This document shows positions 1-9,512 of a stretch of DNA of 64,000 nt, in pieces. Position numbers and translations under genes: made by a program. The first letter of the stretch is position 1; each line of letters starts with the position of its first letter. The notes below the pieces were generated by a model, which was not told the DNA's origin, made no database searches, and saw only the letters and a program-made list of their open reading frames with translations. The DNA lies in contig OZ252211.1 in NCBI GenBank assembly GCA_965248885.1, positions 661,179-725,178 on the forward strand. The letters are read 5' to 3'. Origin of the DNA: Sphingomonas sp. (lineage in GTDB: Bacteria > Pseudomonadota > Alphaproteobacteria > Sphingomonadales > Sphingomonadaceae).

Positions 1-150
1 CTTTGCCATCTTGGCGACACCTGTGACATTGTTCACGAGCGTGCCCATTTCGATCGAGCGGACCGAGAAGGCGACGAAGGGCTGATTGTCGATAAGGGTG
101 AGCACCGCGTTCGACGGTGTCAGTTCGTTGTCATTCGTCATGCGAACTCC
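1..150 (-). CDS. isochorismatase-family (YcaC-like) hydrolase, N-terminal part; gene runs off the left window edge
   Basis: Reverse-strand ATG at 148-150. Translated N-terminus MTNDNELTPSNAVLTLIDNQPFVAFSVRSIEMGTLVNNVTGVAK resembles the isochorismatase/YcaC N-terminus (xLxLID.Q..F ... NNV). Partial, not in the ORF track. Confidence 0.45.
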
Positions 151-162
151 CCGGGATGATGG

Positions 163-540
163 TTATTGCTTGGGCCGCGCGTCGGTCACCTGAAACGCCA
201 GCGCCTTCCAGGCCTCACCGTCGCGCACCCAGACACGGGTGATGCGGGCTGGGCCTTGGAACGGCGTGCCGCGATAGGCTTCGTCGACGGTCCAGGTAGC
301 GGTGACCACGGCAGTGTCGCCGTGGATTCGTATCTCTTCATCCGAAGGTTCGACAGACGTCAGCTTGACCGTGCCGTCGCGCAGATTGTTGAGATAAGTC
401 TGGCGCGAAACCTTTTCGCCGACAGGGCTGGTGTAGATGAAATCGTCCGTCAGCAGCTCGGCGAAGCTGTCGGCGTCGTTGCGTTTGTAGATCTCCACCC
501 ACTGGCGTTCCAGGGCAATGATGTCGGCTTCGCTCGGCAT
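163..540 (-). CDS. SnoaL-like / NTF2-fold (DUF4440-type) protein
   Basis: C-terminal 125 aa of ORF 163..927 from an internal Met (MPSEADIIALERQWVEIYKRNDADSFAELLTDDF...). A GGAGAA RBS lies upstream of ATG 540. The N-terminal extension in the ORF track is Arg/Cys-rich out-of-frame junk. Confidence 0.6.
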   Translation of the reverse strand: MPSEADIIALERQWVEIYKRNDADSFAELLTDDFIYTSPVGEKVSRQTYLNNLRDGTVKLTSVEPSDEEIRIHGDTAVVTATWTVDEAYRGTPFQGPARITRVWVRDGEAWKALAFQVTDARPKQ

Positions 541-769
541 GATGTTCTCCTTTGGCGCGCAGGTTGCGGGTGTAACTCGCAGACCTGCGCATCGTTGCGG
601 CCCCGAATTGGTCAAGTGATGCCCACTTTCCGGAACGCTTTTCCCCCCGTGCTGGCGTCGAAGGCACAGAAAGGCCGGCGATAATCGCCAGCAAAAGCCG
701 CCTGCCGATCTCAATTGGTCTAAATGAGGTTGAAAGCGCAGCCGCGCGGCGCGGAGACGTCGGCAGCCG

Positions 770-1657
770 TCAGCACGAGAAATCGAGCTGGCTCGACAGA
801 TGATCGATGAACACCCGCACCTTGGGGCTGAGGCCGCGCCGGCTCGGATAAAGGGCATAAACTTCGGCCTCGCCGTGAAACCAGCCGGGCAGACAGACGC
901 GCAGCGCGCCTGATGCGATGTGATCACGGCACAGGCGGCGCGGCAGGCAGGTCAGACCCACGCCGTCGATCGCCGCCTGCAGCAAAATGCCCGCGTCGTT
1001 GGCGGCGATGCGCGGCACGAATTGCACCGTCACCTGCTCGTCGCCGCGCTTGAGCGTCCAGGATCGCGGATGAGCGATCACATGGTGAAACGCGAGCACC
1101 GTGTGCCGCACCAGGTCCCGGGGTTCCGACAAGTCGGGCGCGCTGTCCAGATAGGCCGGACTGGCGCACAGGACGAACGGGCTGACGCCCAGTCGGCGCC
1201 CGACCAGACTGCTGTTTTCGATCCGGCCGGCACGCAGCGCGACGTCGAAATCCTCGCCGATCAGGTCGACCTGCTTGACCGACATGTCGATCGATACCGA
1301 CAGGTCCGGATACTCCGCCATGAAGCTTGGCAGGAGCGGCGCGATCATGTTCATCGCAAAGCTGTACGGCGCGGTCACACGCAGCACGCCGCTCGCCACG
1401 GGAGCGGAAAGCGATTCCGAGATCGCGGCCTCTGCCTCGGCGATGCGCTGAAACTGCAGATGGACCAAGGCCCCCTCCTCGGTCAGCCCGAAGCTGCGGG
1501 TCGAGCGCTGCACCAGCCTCACACCCAGGCTTGCCTCCAGCGACGTGAGATGACGGCTGACCGTGGAGCGCGGCATGCCGAGTGCCCGCGCGGCAACCGA
1601 GACACCGCGCAGCTCGACGATCTTCAGGAAAACGCGGACGGCCTCAAACTCGCGCAT
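770..1657 (-). CDS. LysR-family transcriptional regulator
   Basis: N-terminal HTH (VFLKIVELRGVSVAARALGMPRSTVSRHLTSLE) plus LysR substrate-binding domain. Divergent from wrbA. Confidence 0.9.
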   Translation of the reverse strand: MREFEAVRVFLKIVELRGVSVAARALGMPRSTVSRHLTSLEASLGVRLVQRSTRSFGLTEEGALVHLQFQRIAEAEAAISESLSAPVASGVLRVTAPYSFAMNMIAPLLPSFMAEYPDLSVSIDMSVKQVDLIGEDFDVALRAGRIENSSLVGRRLGVSPFVLCASPAYLDSAPDLSEPRDLVRHTVLAFHHVIAHPRSWTLKRGDEQVTVQFVPRIAANDAGILLQAAIDGVGLTCLPRRLCRDHIASGALRVCLPGWFHGEAEVYALYPSRRGLSPKVRVFIDHLSSQLDFSC

Positions 1658-1831
1658 GGTTGAATTGTCCGATTCGTTGTCACCAGATGCTCATTTTTTG
1701 GACGCATCGAACTGCGCTGACAAGCATTACAGGCTAGCGTCGCGGCAGGGACGCAAACTCCGCTCTGCCTGACACGCCTTGAAATCAATCGATGCGAATC
1801 GCCCATTTGATCGAGAACCAGGAGAAAGACC

Positions 1832-2458
1832 TTGAGCACCAACGTCCTGATCGCCTTTTATTCCCGTTCCGGCTCAACCGAAGCACTCGCCCAAGCCATC
1901 GCCAAGGGTGCGCAAGCGAGCGGGGCCGAGGTCCGCCTGCGCCGCGCCCGCGAGCTGGTCGGCCCCGAAATCATGGCTAGGGCACCCGGCTGGGCCGAAG
2001 GTGCCGCGGCGATGAACGAACGCTACGAAGCGCCCACCGAAGCGGATGCCGAATGGGCCGATGCGATCGTGTTCGGCACGCCAACGCGGTTCGGAGCGGT
2101 CTGCGCAGAGTTGAAGGCCTATATCGACGGGCTGGGTGGTCTATGGTTCCAGGGCAAGCTGAACGGCAAGGCCGGTTCGGCGTTCACTTCGACCTCGAGC
2201 TTGCATGGCGGCAATGAATCGACGCTGTTGTCGTTGTACAATCCTATGGCGCATCTGGGGCTGATCATTGTCCCGCTGGGTTATGCCGACATGGCGCTGT
2301 ATCGCGCCGGAACCCCCTACGGCGCCTCTTCGGTTTCCGGCCAGCAGTCCGCCCCGCCGACCGACGATGATCTGGAAGTCGCACGCTTCCAAGGCCGCCG
2401 CGTCACGGAAGTTGCCGCGGCTCTCAAGAGCGCCGGCCTGACCGCCTCATCGCAGTAG
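1832..2458 (+). CDS. wrbA: NAD(P)H:quinone oxidoreductase, WrbA-type flavodoxin-like
   Basis: 208 aa with the typical WrbA start VLIAFYSRSGSTEALAQAIAKGA and ...YGTPTRFG... Divergently transcribed from a LysR gene. Confidence 0.9.
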   Translation: MSTNVLIAFYSRSGSTEALAQAIAKGAQASGAEVRLRRARELVGPEIMARAPGWAEGAAAMNERYEAPTEADAEWADAIVFGTPTRFGAVCAELKAYIDGLGGLWFQGKLNGKAGSAFTSTSSLHGGNESTLLSLYNPMAHLGLIIVPLGYADMALYRAGTPYGASSVSGQQSAPPTDDDLEVARFQGRRVTEVAAALKSAGLTASSQ

Positions 2459-2481
2459 CGGCCTGTACCGCGGTCGATCGC

Positions 2482-3360
2482 TTACGAAAACGCTGCGACG
2501 AGATAGTCGGTCAGCGCGCGGACCACGGTCGAGCGCTGTCGATGCGACGGATAGACCGCGTAGGCGGCACCGTCAGGCGGCGCATAGTGATCAAGCACGG
2601 TGGTCAGCGCGCCGCTGTCGAGGGCCGGCTGGACGATGAAGGTCGGCAGTTGCGCGATGCCGAGCCCGGCGACCGCCGCGGCAGCCAGCACGTCACCATT
2701 GTTGGCGCGGTAGACCCCGGCCACTGCCAGCGCCTGCGCCTTCCCTCCGGACGACAAGGTCCACGTCACGCCGCGACTGTGCCGGAACAACAGGCAGGCG
2801 TGATCCTTAAGTTCGGAAGGACTCATCGGCACGCCGCGCTGGCGGAGATATTCGGGGCTCGCGCAGATGACCAGCCGCAGCGCGATCAGCTTGCGCGCGA
2901 CCAGCGTGGAATCGGGGAGCACGCCGATCCGGATCGCCATGTCGAACCCCTCGGCGATGATGTCGACGGCGCGGTCGCTCAAATCGAGGTCGATCTCCAC
3001 GTCCGGATGGAGCCGCATGAAGTCGGCGAGCATCGGCGAGAGTCGCGCAACGCCGAACGACAGTGGCGCGGAAAGGCGCAGCGTCCCGCGCGGGACGACG
3101 ACGTGGCTCGACATGGCAAGCTCGGCCTCGGCGACGTCGGCGATGATGCGGCGGCCCCGTTCGGCGAAGTCGCGGCCCAGTTCGGTCGGCGACAGTCGGC
3201 GTGTAGTGCGCGTCAGCAGTTGAACGCCGAGCCGGTCCTCCAGCGCCATGATCCGGCGGCTGACGAGCTGCTTGGATAGCCGGAGCTGTCGCGCCGCGAG
3301 CGAGAAGCTGCCGCGGTCGATCACCTCGACCAGGATGCGCAAATCATCGAGCTGGTTCAT
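2482..3360 (-). CDS. LysR-family transcriptional regulator
   Basis: Start taken at MNQLDDLRILVEVIDRGSFSLAARQLRLSKQLVSRRI (HTH). The ORF-track upstream extension is unlikely. LysR C-terminal domain is present. Confidence 0.85.
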   Translation of the reverse strand: MNQLDDLRILVEVIDRGSFSLAARQLRLSKQLVSRRIMALEDRLGVQLLTRTTRRLSPTELGRDFAERGRRIIADVAEAELAMSSHVVVPRGTLRLSAPLSFGVARLSPMLADFMRLHPDVEIDLDLSDRAVDIIAEGFDMAIRIGVLPDSTLVARKLIALRLVICASPEYLRQRGVPMSPSELKDHACLLFRHSRGVTWTLSSGGKAQALAVAGVYRANNGDVLAAAAVAGLGIAQLPTFIVQPALDSGALTTVLDHYAPPDGAAYAVYPSHRQRSTVVRALTDYLVAAFS

Positions 3361-3485
3361 TGTCACATTATAGGCGACAGTCTTGCACGAAGAAAAGCTA
3401 TTATCTCGTTCGTGATTGACGTCTAGATTGATGGCGTTCGATCGGCGGGGCAACGGGCTCTTGCCGACACATCAGGAGAAAAATC

Positions 3486-3890
3486 ATGAGCATCGCTACC
3501 GCTACCCCCGTCTCGTCCCCCGCGCGTGGCCGCTGGGTCACTATTGGCCTGTGGACACTTCAAATTCTCGCCGCCGCCGCCTTCTTCGCCGCTGGAAGCT
3601 TCAAGCTTACGGGCGCGCCGATGATGGTGCAGATCTTCGATAATATCGGCGTTGGACAATGGTTCCGCATCGTCACCGGCGTCGTGGAAGTCAGCGGAGC
3701 AGCGCTCCTGCTGGTGCCGCGCCTCGCCGCTTTCGGCGGGCTGATGCTCGCGGTAACGATGGTCTTCGCAGCTCTGACGCACCTCTTCGTCATCGGTGGC
3801 AATCCGGCGCCGGCAATCGTGCTCTTCGCCATTACTGCGACGATCGCCTGGGCGCGCCGCGCCCAGCTCCGCCCGGTGCTGGGTCGCTAG
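3486..3890 (+). CDS. DoxX-family membrane protein
   Basis: 134 aa with four hydrophobic segments and DoxX-like composition. Divergent from the LysR at 2482-3360. Confidence 0.75.
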   Translation: MSIATATPVSSPARGRWVTIGLWTLQILAAAAFFAAGSFKLTGAPMMVQIFDNIGVGQWFRIVTGVVEVSGAALLLVPRLAAFGGLMLAVTMVFAALTHLFVIGGNPAPAIVLFAITATIAWARRAQLRPVLGR

Positions 3891-3928
3891 AAAGCCGTGC
3901 CCAACGAATGCGGTCGAGTGCGGGGCCG

Positions 3929-4833
3929 ATGAAACGGATTGCTCTTGACCTCGTGTCTGTTCGTCTGGCGTTGACAATTGCAGATCATCGGAGTGTTCGG
4001 CGCGCCGCAAAAGCCGTTAAAATGAGCGAGTCGTCCATCAGCCATCGCCTGAGATCGCTGGAAGACACGCTTGCCGTTTCGCTGTTCCATCGGTCGTCGG
4101 AAGGCGTTCAGCCAACCAATGCAGGGTTTGAATTTTTTGCTCGATCACGAGAAGCGCTTCGCATTCTCGACCTGGCAATGGCGCAAGCGGCGGCAAGTAG
4201 TCGTGGTACGGCCGGGCGGCCTAGGATCGGCCTCTACACCTCGCTATCGGGTGGAAAGCTGCTGGACGCGATCCGCGAATTTTTGCGTGAACATCCCGAC
4301 ATCGAGCTTGAGTTGGTCGAGGGCAGCCGCTCGCGGATGATCGAGGGCTTGAACGCGGGCACGATCGACGTGACGGTATTGATTGGTTCACCGGATCCCG
4401 TTCTCGGTGAGGCGCTCTCCCTTTGGAGCGAGCAGGCTTTCGCGATCGTGCCGCAGACGCACCCCATCGCGAGCGAGACCGAAATTGCTTGTTGGCAGAA
4501 GAGACGTTGCTGTTCTCCACGCGGGACGCCGGTCCGGAAGCTGAAAGCGCGCTAATCGCGCGGCTGGGCGGGCCGGGCCGATGGCCCAATCGCCGGCTGC
4601 ACAGCGTTAACCGCGATACGCTTCTGACGTTAGTCGCCATGGGCCGCAGCATCGCGATGATGATCGAGTCAGACCTTGGCCATCTCCCGACGGGTGCGGT
4701 AGCGGTGCCGCTCGTCCATGCCAATGGTCGGACAAGAGAATTGCTCACGGCTTACCGTGATCCCAGCAACGACAACCCGCCGCTGCGTCGGTTCTGGTCG
4801 ATGCTGATGAGGCGCTATTCGGAAGGCGGTTGA
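3929..4833 (+). pseudogene. LysR-family regulator disrupted by a 1-bp frameshift near 4486-4490
   Basis: The HTH plus N-terminal part of the effector domain is in frame 2 (ATG 3929 ... HPIASETEI). The C-terminal part (LLAEETLLFSTRDAG...RRFWSMLMRRY) continues in frame 1 (ORF 4423..4833). The junction implies loss of one T in attgc(t)ttg. Confidence 0.7.
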
Positions 4834-5060
4834 GCAATTGGCAGGGCGCGCCTCGCCTTGGCAAAAGCGCGGTCGGACGCGATGAAACGCACCAACATTG
4901 GCGCGATCAACTTGGCGGGCTCGATGCGCGTACCGGTTTCGGTCGCGAGCACCTCTGCATAGGCTACCAGATCGCGGTGGGTCGCGGCTGGAATCTCCAG
5001 GGTCATTCGTACGGGCCGTTCGTCCGCAATCGCGCCGAGTTTGAGTTTCGTCACGCTCAA
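4815..5060 (-). CDS. DUF2274-family protein (conjugative-element associated, usually follows trbI)
   Basis: 81 aa, MSVTKLKLGAIADERPVRMTLEIPAATHRDLVAYAEVL... Immediately downstream of trbI with a 4-bp overlap, as in Trb-type ICEs. Confidence 0.75.
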   Translation of the reverse strand: MSVTKLKLGAIADERPVRMTLEIPAATHRDLVAYAEVLATETGTRIEPAKLIAPMLVRFIASDRAFAKARRALPIAQPPSE

Positions 5061-6307
5061 CCCCGGTAGGGTTCGAGGATCAGGTCACGGGTGACAATCA
5101 CGCGTACCAGGAAGCCCGGCCGCACGGTGATGGTCGGCTGGATGTCGAGCGACCGGCCGACCACCTGGCGTCCGGTCTGACTGATGCTGTCGGACGCGCC
5201 CCGACGGAGTGCCTGAGACAGGTCGTTCTTGTCGGAGGATGTGCCCGCTTCCGACCCGACGCTAAGCAACGTCGAAAGCACCGCAGCCCGGAACAGCTGC
5301 CCCCAGTGGTTATCGACTCGATCGTGAAGCCCGGCATAGCCTTCCGGATCGGTGCCCGGTTGCCGCTTCAGGACAATCGAGCGCCCGTTGGGCAGGATCA
5401 GCCGCGTCCAGACCAGGAGCGCCCGGTTCTGACCGAACGAGATCTGCGCGTCGTACTGGCCGACCAGGCGCGACCCCTGCGGGATGAGCAACGTGCGACC
5501 TGTCGGGCCGTCATAGACGTTTTCGGTGACCTGCGCGGCGATCTGGCCGGGAAGATCGGATCGCAGGCCTGTGATCATCGCGGCGGCAATGACCGCGCCC
5601 GCTTGGAGCGTGTAGGGGCTGGCCGGCGCCGCGACGCGTTCGGTGCTGACGGTATTGCGATCGACCGCGCCGTTGAGGAAGGCGAGCTTACGATCGGAGC
5701 CGGTCGGTTGGGCCGGTTGAGACCCCTCGCTCACGGGCGTCCCCATCCCCGCAAGTCCGAGCGAGGGGGCTGCCGCCCCGGCGCCAGGTTGTGCGGTTCG
5801 CGCCTCGCTGGCGAACAGCCGACTGGTCCGCGCTGCGTCTAACTCCTGGGCGACGCGCTGGCGCCGCTGCTCGGCCTGCTGCCGGGCTGGATCTGGCGGC
5901 GAGCCCGCGCTAGTCGCCATCGGCGGCGGCGGCGTGCCGGCGGCTAGCATCGGGCGACCGAGATCGCCGGGGAGCGGCGGCCCGAGCTGCGGGACCGAGC
6001 GGGGCAGCCCGCCATAGTCGCCCGGAAGGCGTGCCAGGCCGTCGGCGGTCGTCCGGTGATCGGTGGCGTAGAGCTCTTCACTCGGCGCCTTGGGGTGCGA
6101 GCCCTGGAGCGCGAACACGAGCGCGCCACCCAAGGCGACCGCCGACACGCCCGCCAGCGTCGCGAGCGCGCGCCGCGACAGCCGCATGACGCGGGGCCGC
6201 TCCGGACGCAGCCGAAACGCCGCGGACCTGTCACGCGGCGGCTCGGGAAGGTCTGTTCGGGCCGAGGGCGCGTTCGCCTCGCGGTCTTCGACGCGGTCGT
6301 CGGTCAC
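5057..6307 (-). CDS. trbI: conjugal transfer protein TrbI (VirB10 family)
   Basis: 416 aa. Pro-rich N-terminal half with a TM segment. Conserved C-terminal VirB10 domain (...LVGQYDAQISFGQNRALLVWTRLILPNGRSIVL...RPGFLVRVIVTRDLILEPY). Confidence 0.9.
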   Translation of the reverse strand: MTDDRVEDREANAPSARTDLPEPPRDRSAAFRLRPERPRVMRLSRRALATLAGVSAVALGGALVFALQGSHPKAPSEELYATDHRTTADGLARLPGDYGGLPRSVPQLGPPLPGDLGRPMLAAGTPPPPMATSAGSPPDPARQQAEQRRQRVAQELDAARTSRLFASEARTAQPGAGAAAPSLGLAGMGTPVSEGSQPAQPTGSDRKLAFLNGAVDRNTVSTERVAAPASPYTLQAGAVIAAAMITGLRSDLPGQIAAQVTENVYDGPTGRTLLIPQGSRLVGQYDAQISFGQNRALLVWTRLILPNGRSIVLKRQPGTDPEGYAGLHDRVDNHWGQLFRAAVLSTLLSVGSEAGTSSDKNDLSQALRRGASDSISQTGRQVVGRSLDIQPTITVRPGFLVRVIVTRDLILEPYRG

Positions 6308-7563
6308 GACGCGGGCCCTCCGCTTTCGCTCCGGGCGCTCGTCGCCTGCGAGGCTCCCCCGGAGCCACGCATCCGCTGAAGCGGACCGCTCCTCACCCCA
6401 TCAGTCCGGACGATCCGCACGCGCTGCTGACGCGAGCCGCCCAAGCGCAACTCGGCGGCGGCGAACAGTCGGTCGACGATCATGTGGTGGCCGCGAACGC
6501 GGTAGTTGACGAGCTCGGCGCGACCCTCGGCACCAATGATCCAGAGCGGGGGCATCTCGCCCTGTCCTATCCCGGCCGGGAATTCGATGAACACCTGGCG
6601 ACCGTCGTCGAAGGCGCGGATCGGTCGCCAGGGCACGGCATCGCCTTCGATGCGGTAGCGGAACTGCAGGTTCTCGATCGCGGTGGCGCTGCTTTCGCCG
6701 ACGGGCTGGGCGGCTTCGGCCGCAGCGTTCTGGCGACGCAGCGCGATGAGCTGGTCGGCGGCGTAGGACCAGGAGACCGACGCCATGTAGGTGCGCTCGG
6801 CGGAGCGCATCTCGAGGTGATAGGTCCGGCGATCGGTGTTGATGACGAGGTTGGTGACGAGATCGGTGCGCGACGGCTTCACGAGGATGTGGACACGCCG
6901 CGTCGGGCCGGCGCCGCTTTCGGTATCGCCGATGATCCAGCGCACCGTGTCACCGGCCGCGACCGGGCCGGTGCCGACGAGCTGTTCGTCGGGCTCCAGC
7001 GCGATGTCGGTGACCTGGCCGGGCGCGGCGTAGAGTTGATAGAGCGCGCCGTCGGCGAAGGGATAGACCTGCACGGCGTTGACGTAGCCGCTGCGCGAGG
7101 GCTGGACCCGGGCGGCGCCGTTGGCGGCTTCGACCCGCGCCCGCGGATCGGCGGGTTCGCTCGCGGGCACAGGGATCGGGCCGGGCAGCGGCATCAGCTG
7201 ACCCGGCAGGGGCAGCGGCTGTGAGATGGTGACGATCTGCACCGGCCGCGGGAGTTCGGGGGCCAGGACGGCCGGCGTCAACGGCGCATCGTAGCTGATG
7301 GTCGGGGGCGAGTATTTGTGGGCGCAGGCGGCGCCCGCGACCGAGGCACCGCCGCTGGCGAGGCCAGCGACCGCGCCGCCGGCGAGAGATGCGCCACCGG
7401 TCGCGAGCGCAGCGCCCCCGGCCAGCACGCCGCCTGCGGCGAGACCGGTGCCGATCGCGGCACCCGCGCCGAGCTGTGGGCCACCGGAGACGATACCGTT
7501 GGCGATCCCGGGTCCGAAAATCCCAAGGCCGAGCAAGGTGAGCGAGGCGAGCATGATGCCCAT
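6304..7563 (-). pseudogene. trbG: TrbL Gly-rich C-terminal tail fused in frame to a TrbG (VirB9-like) body; trbF and the TrbG signal peptide are absent
   Basis: Frame of ORF 6304..7704 taken from the internal Met. MGIMLASLTLLGLGIFGPGIANGIV plus poly-Gly/Ala matches the TrbL/VirB6 tail. It then runs without a stop into TrbG-like sequence (GYVNAVQVYPFADGALYQLYAAPGQVTDIALEPDE ... PIRAFDDGRQVFIEFP). No TrbF-like sequence appears in any frame. Confidence 0.6.
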
Positions 7564-7564
7564 C

Positions 7565-8275
7565 GCGTCCCTCGATCGTCGGTGTGGCCGGAAAGCCGGT
7601 CTTGAACTCGTCGAACAGAGTCGAGCCGATGCCGATGATGACGGCGAGGACGAGCACCTTGATGCCTGACGACATGACGTTGCCGAGCACGCGCTCGGCG
7701 GCAAACGCGGTCTTGTTGAACAGGCCGAACGGGATGAGCACGAAGCCCGCGAGCGTCGTCAGCTTGAACTCGATGAGCGTGACGAAGAGCTGGATCGCGA
7801 GGATGAAGAACGACAGCAGCACGATCACCCAGGCGAACAGCAGCACCGCGATCTGGATGAAGTTCTCGAAGAACGACACGTAGCCCACCAGGCCGGAGAT
7901 CGAATCGAGGATCGGCTTGCCCGCGTCGAGGCCGACCTGCGCGACGCGGCCGGGCCGCAGGAAATCGGCCGTCGCGAGCGAGGTTCCCGAGGCCTTCAGC
8001 CCGAGGTGCGCGAAGCTCTCGAACACGATGCGGGCAAGGTTGCCCCAATTGTTGATGATGAAGGCGAAGGCGCCGACGAACAGCACTTTCTTGACGAGGC
8101 GTGCCGGCACGTTCTCGTCGGGCGCCCACGCCCAGAACAGCGCGGCGAGCACGAGATCGATGACGATCAACGTCGCCGCCAGCCACTTCACCTCGCCCTG
8201 CAGCAGGCCAAACCCGCTGTCGATGTAGCGGGTGAAGACCTCGAGGAAGCGATCGACGACGCCGGTCCCGCCCAT
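7565..8275 (-). pseudogene. trbL: TrbL/VirB6 N-terminal 236 aa; reading frame breaks at ~7566 (extra G in gaGGGac)
   Basis: MGGTGVVDRFLEVFTRYIDSGFGLLQGEVKWLAATL... with multiple TM helices ending ...FKTGFPATPTIEG, then junk in this frame. The expected continuation DAMGIML is in the +1 frame (see 6304-7563). Confidence 0.75.
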
Positions 8276-8277
8276 GG

Positions 8278-8613
8278 TCAGCGCCCCTCTGTCGGCATGG
8301 AGACGACGGCGGGATTGGGCGCGACGGGGCGGCGATCGGGTGCGAGGAACCGACGACGGTTCTCTGCCCATGCCGCTAGGCATGCGGGGTCGTGCGCGCC
8401 CGCCTCGCCGAGACCCTGGCACCGCGCGAATTCTGCCTGTAGCGGGTCCGTCGCAACGATGTTCTCGGTGGCCTGACGTTCGGCCGACGACGTCTGATCG
8501 GTCGTCGCCATCCAGGCGGCGGCGCCGGCGAGGATGATGCCGATCAGGATCAGCACGATCAGCTTCTTGGCGGCCGGACCTTCCATCGTGCGAAATCCAA
8601 GCAAACGCCGCAC
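8278..8613 (-). CDS. TrbK-alt-like small entry-exclusion lipoprotein of Trb-type ICEs
   Basis: 111 aa with a TM/signal segment (KKLIVLILIGIILAGAAAWMA) and a conserved-looking C-terminus (DPLQAEFARCQGLGEAGAHDPACLAAWAENRRRF). Sits between the trbJ fragment and trbL as in ICE trb operons. Confidence 0.55.
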   Translation of the reverse strand: MRRLLGFRTMEGPAAKKLIVLILIGIILAGAAAWMATTDQTSSAERQATENIVATDPLQAEFARCQGLGEAGAHDPACLAAWAENRRRFLAPDRRPVAPNPAVVSMPTEGR

Positions 8614-8627
8614 CGTCGCCTCCGTCA

Positions 8628-9062
8628 GTTGTGGAACATCGTGACGGTCGTCGGCCGGTAGCCGGTCCCCGGCGTCAGGAAGCGACGGAGCTGTTCGCGC
8701 GCCTGGTCCTGCGCGGCGGCACGTTGAGCCGCTTCGAGGCTCTGCGCTCGGCCCTGCGCGGCGACCGCCGCAGTCAGGTCGGCGAGTTGCTGTGCCTGGA
8801 GCGCGAGCAACTGGTTGCCGGCTTGTGCGGCCTGCAGCGCACCAGTCGCGCCTTGGCTCGAGGAGACGAGCGCGGACATCTGGCTGCGGTTGGTGTCGAG
8901 GTTGCCGACGACGGTCGCCTGCGCGTCCAGATCACCGACAACAGCGGGCGCGGCGTACGCGACGAAGGCAAGGTCGTCTCGGCGATCGACATGAACATCC
9001 AGCGGCTCGACCGCGAGGAGCGCCGGCTGGGGCTGCGCGGCATTGGTGAGGATTTGCGCATT
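8628..9062 (-). pseudogene. trbJ: TrbJ C-terminal fragment (~145 aa); N-terminal ~100 aa and the upstream trbB-E genes are absent
   Basis: Minus-strand translation ...NAQILTNAAQPQPALLAVEPLDVHVDRRDDLAFVAYAAPAVVGDLDAQATVVGNLDTNRSQMSALVSSSQGATGALQAAQAGNQLLALQAQQLADL...RRFLTPGTGYRPTTVTMFHN is a TrbJ-like coiled-coil tail. Homology stops at ~9060, where the upstream frame becomes Arg-rich junk. Confidence 0.55.
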
Positions 9063-9512
9063 CCGCGTTCGACGACCTTTTCGTTTTCCGGCTTCGGACC
9101 GACGGCGACGCCGCCACCGGGCCTGCCGGTTCTCACGACCGATGCGGTGCTCGCTTTCGGCCGCTCGCGCACCCGCACGGACGGCGGCGATGGTGACGTG
9201 CGGCTGCTAATCGGGGATGTTGGCGGCAAAATCGATGAAGAGCTTTCGCAAATGGTGTCGCGCCGCCATTTCGAAGTTTACGTCGAGAACGATCGACTGA
9301 TGCTGCGTGTCAACGGCTCCAACGGCCTCAGGATCAACGGCAAGGCCCACGGCGTCGACACGGTCGTTCGACTCAGCGACGGCGACATCATCGCTCCGGT
9401 CGTCAAAGCGCCCGACGCCCTGACGCTGGCCGTCCGCTTTGCGCGCGAGCGCGATCAGGTGTGCGCGATCACCATAGCGCAATCGCCGGAATTCAAGGGG
9501 GCGGCGCTATGA
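8991..9512 (+). CDS. FHA-domain protein; start uncertain (ATG 8991 or TTG 9054)
   Basis: C-terminal FHA fold: AVLAFGRSRTRTDGGDGDVRLLIGDVGGKIDEELSQMVSRRHFEVYVENDRLMLRVNGSNGLRINGKAHGVDTVVRLSDGDII. Stop overlaps the kinase ATG (ATGA at 9509-9512). Confidence 0.6.
   Translation: MNIQRLDREERRLGLRGIGEDLRIPRSTTFSFSGFGPTATPPPGLPVLTTDAVLAFGRSRTRTDGGDGDVRLLIGDVGGKIDEELSQMVSRRHFEVYVENDRLMLRVNGSNGLRINGKAHGVDTVVRLSDGDIIAPVVKAPDALTLAVRFARERDQVCAITIAQSPEFKGAAL

Noticed and set aside
6304-7704. N-terminal 47 aa (MPPSACSATS...) of the ORF-track protein 6304..7704
   Set aside because: Ser/Arg/Cys-rich out-of-frame translation of the trbL coding region. The biologically meaningful sequence starts at MGIML and belongs to the trbL tail.
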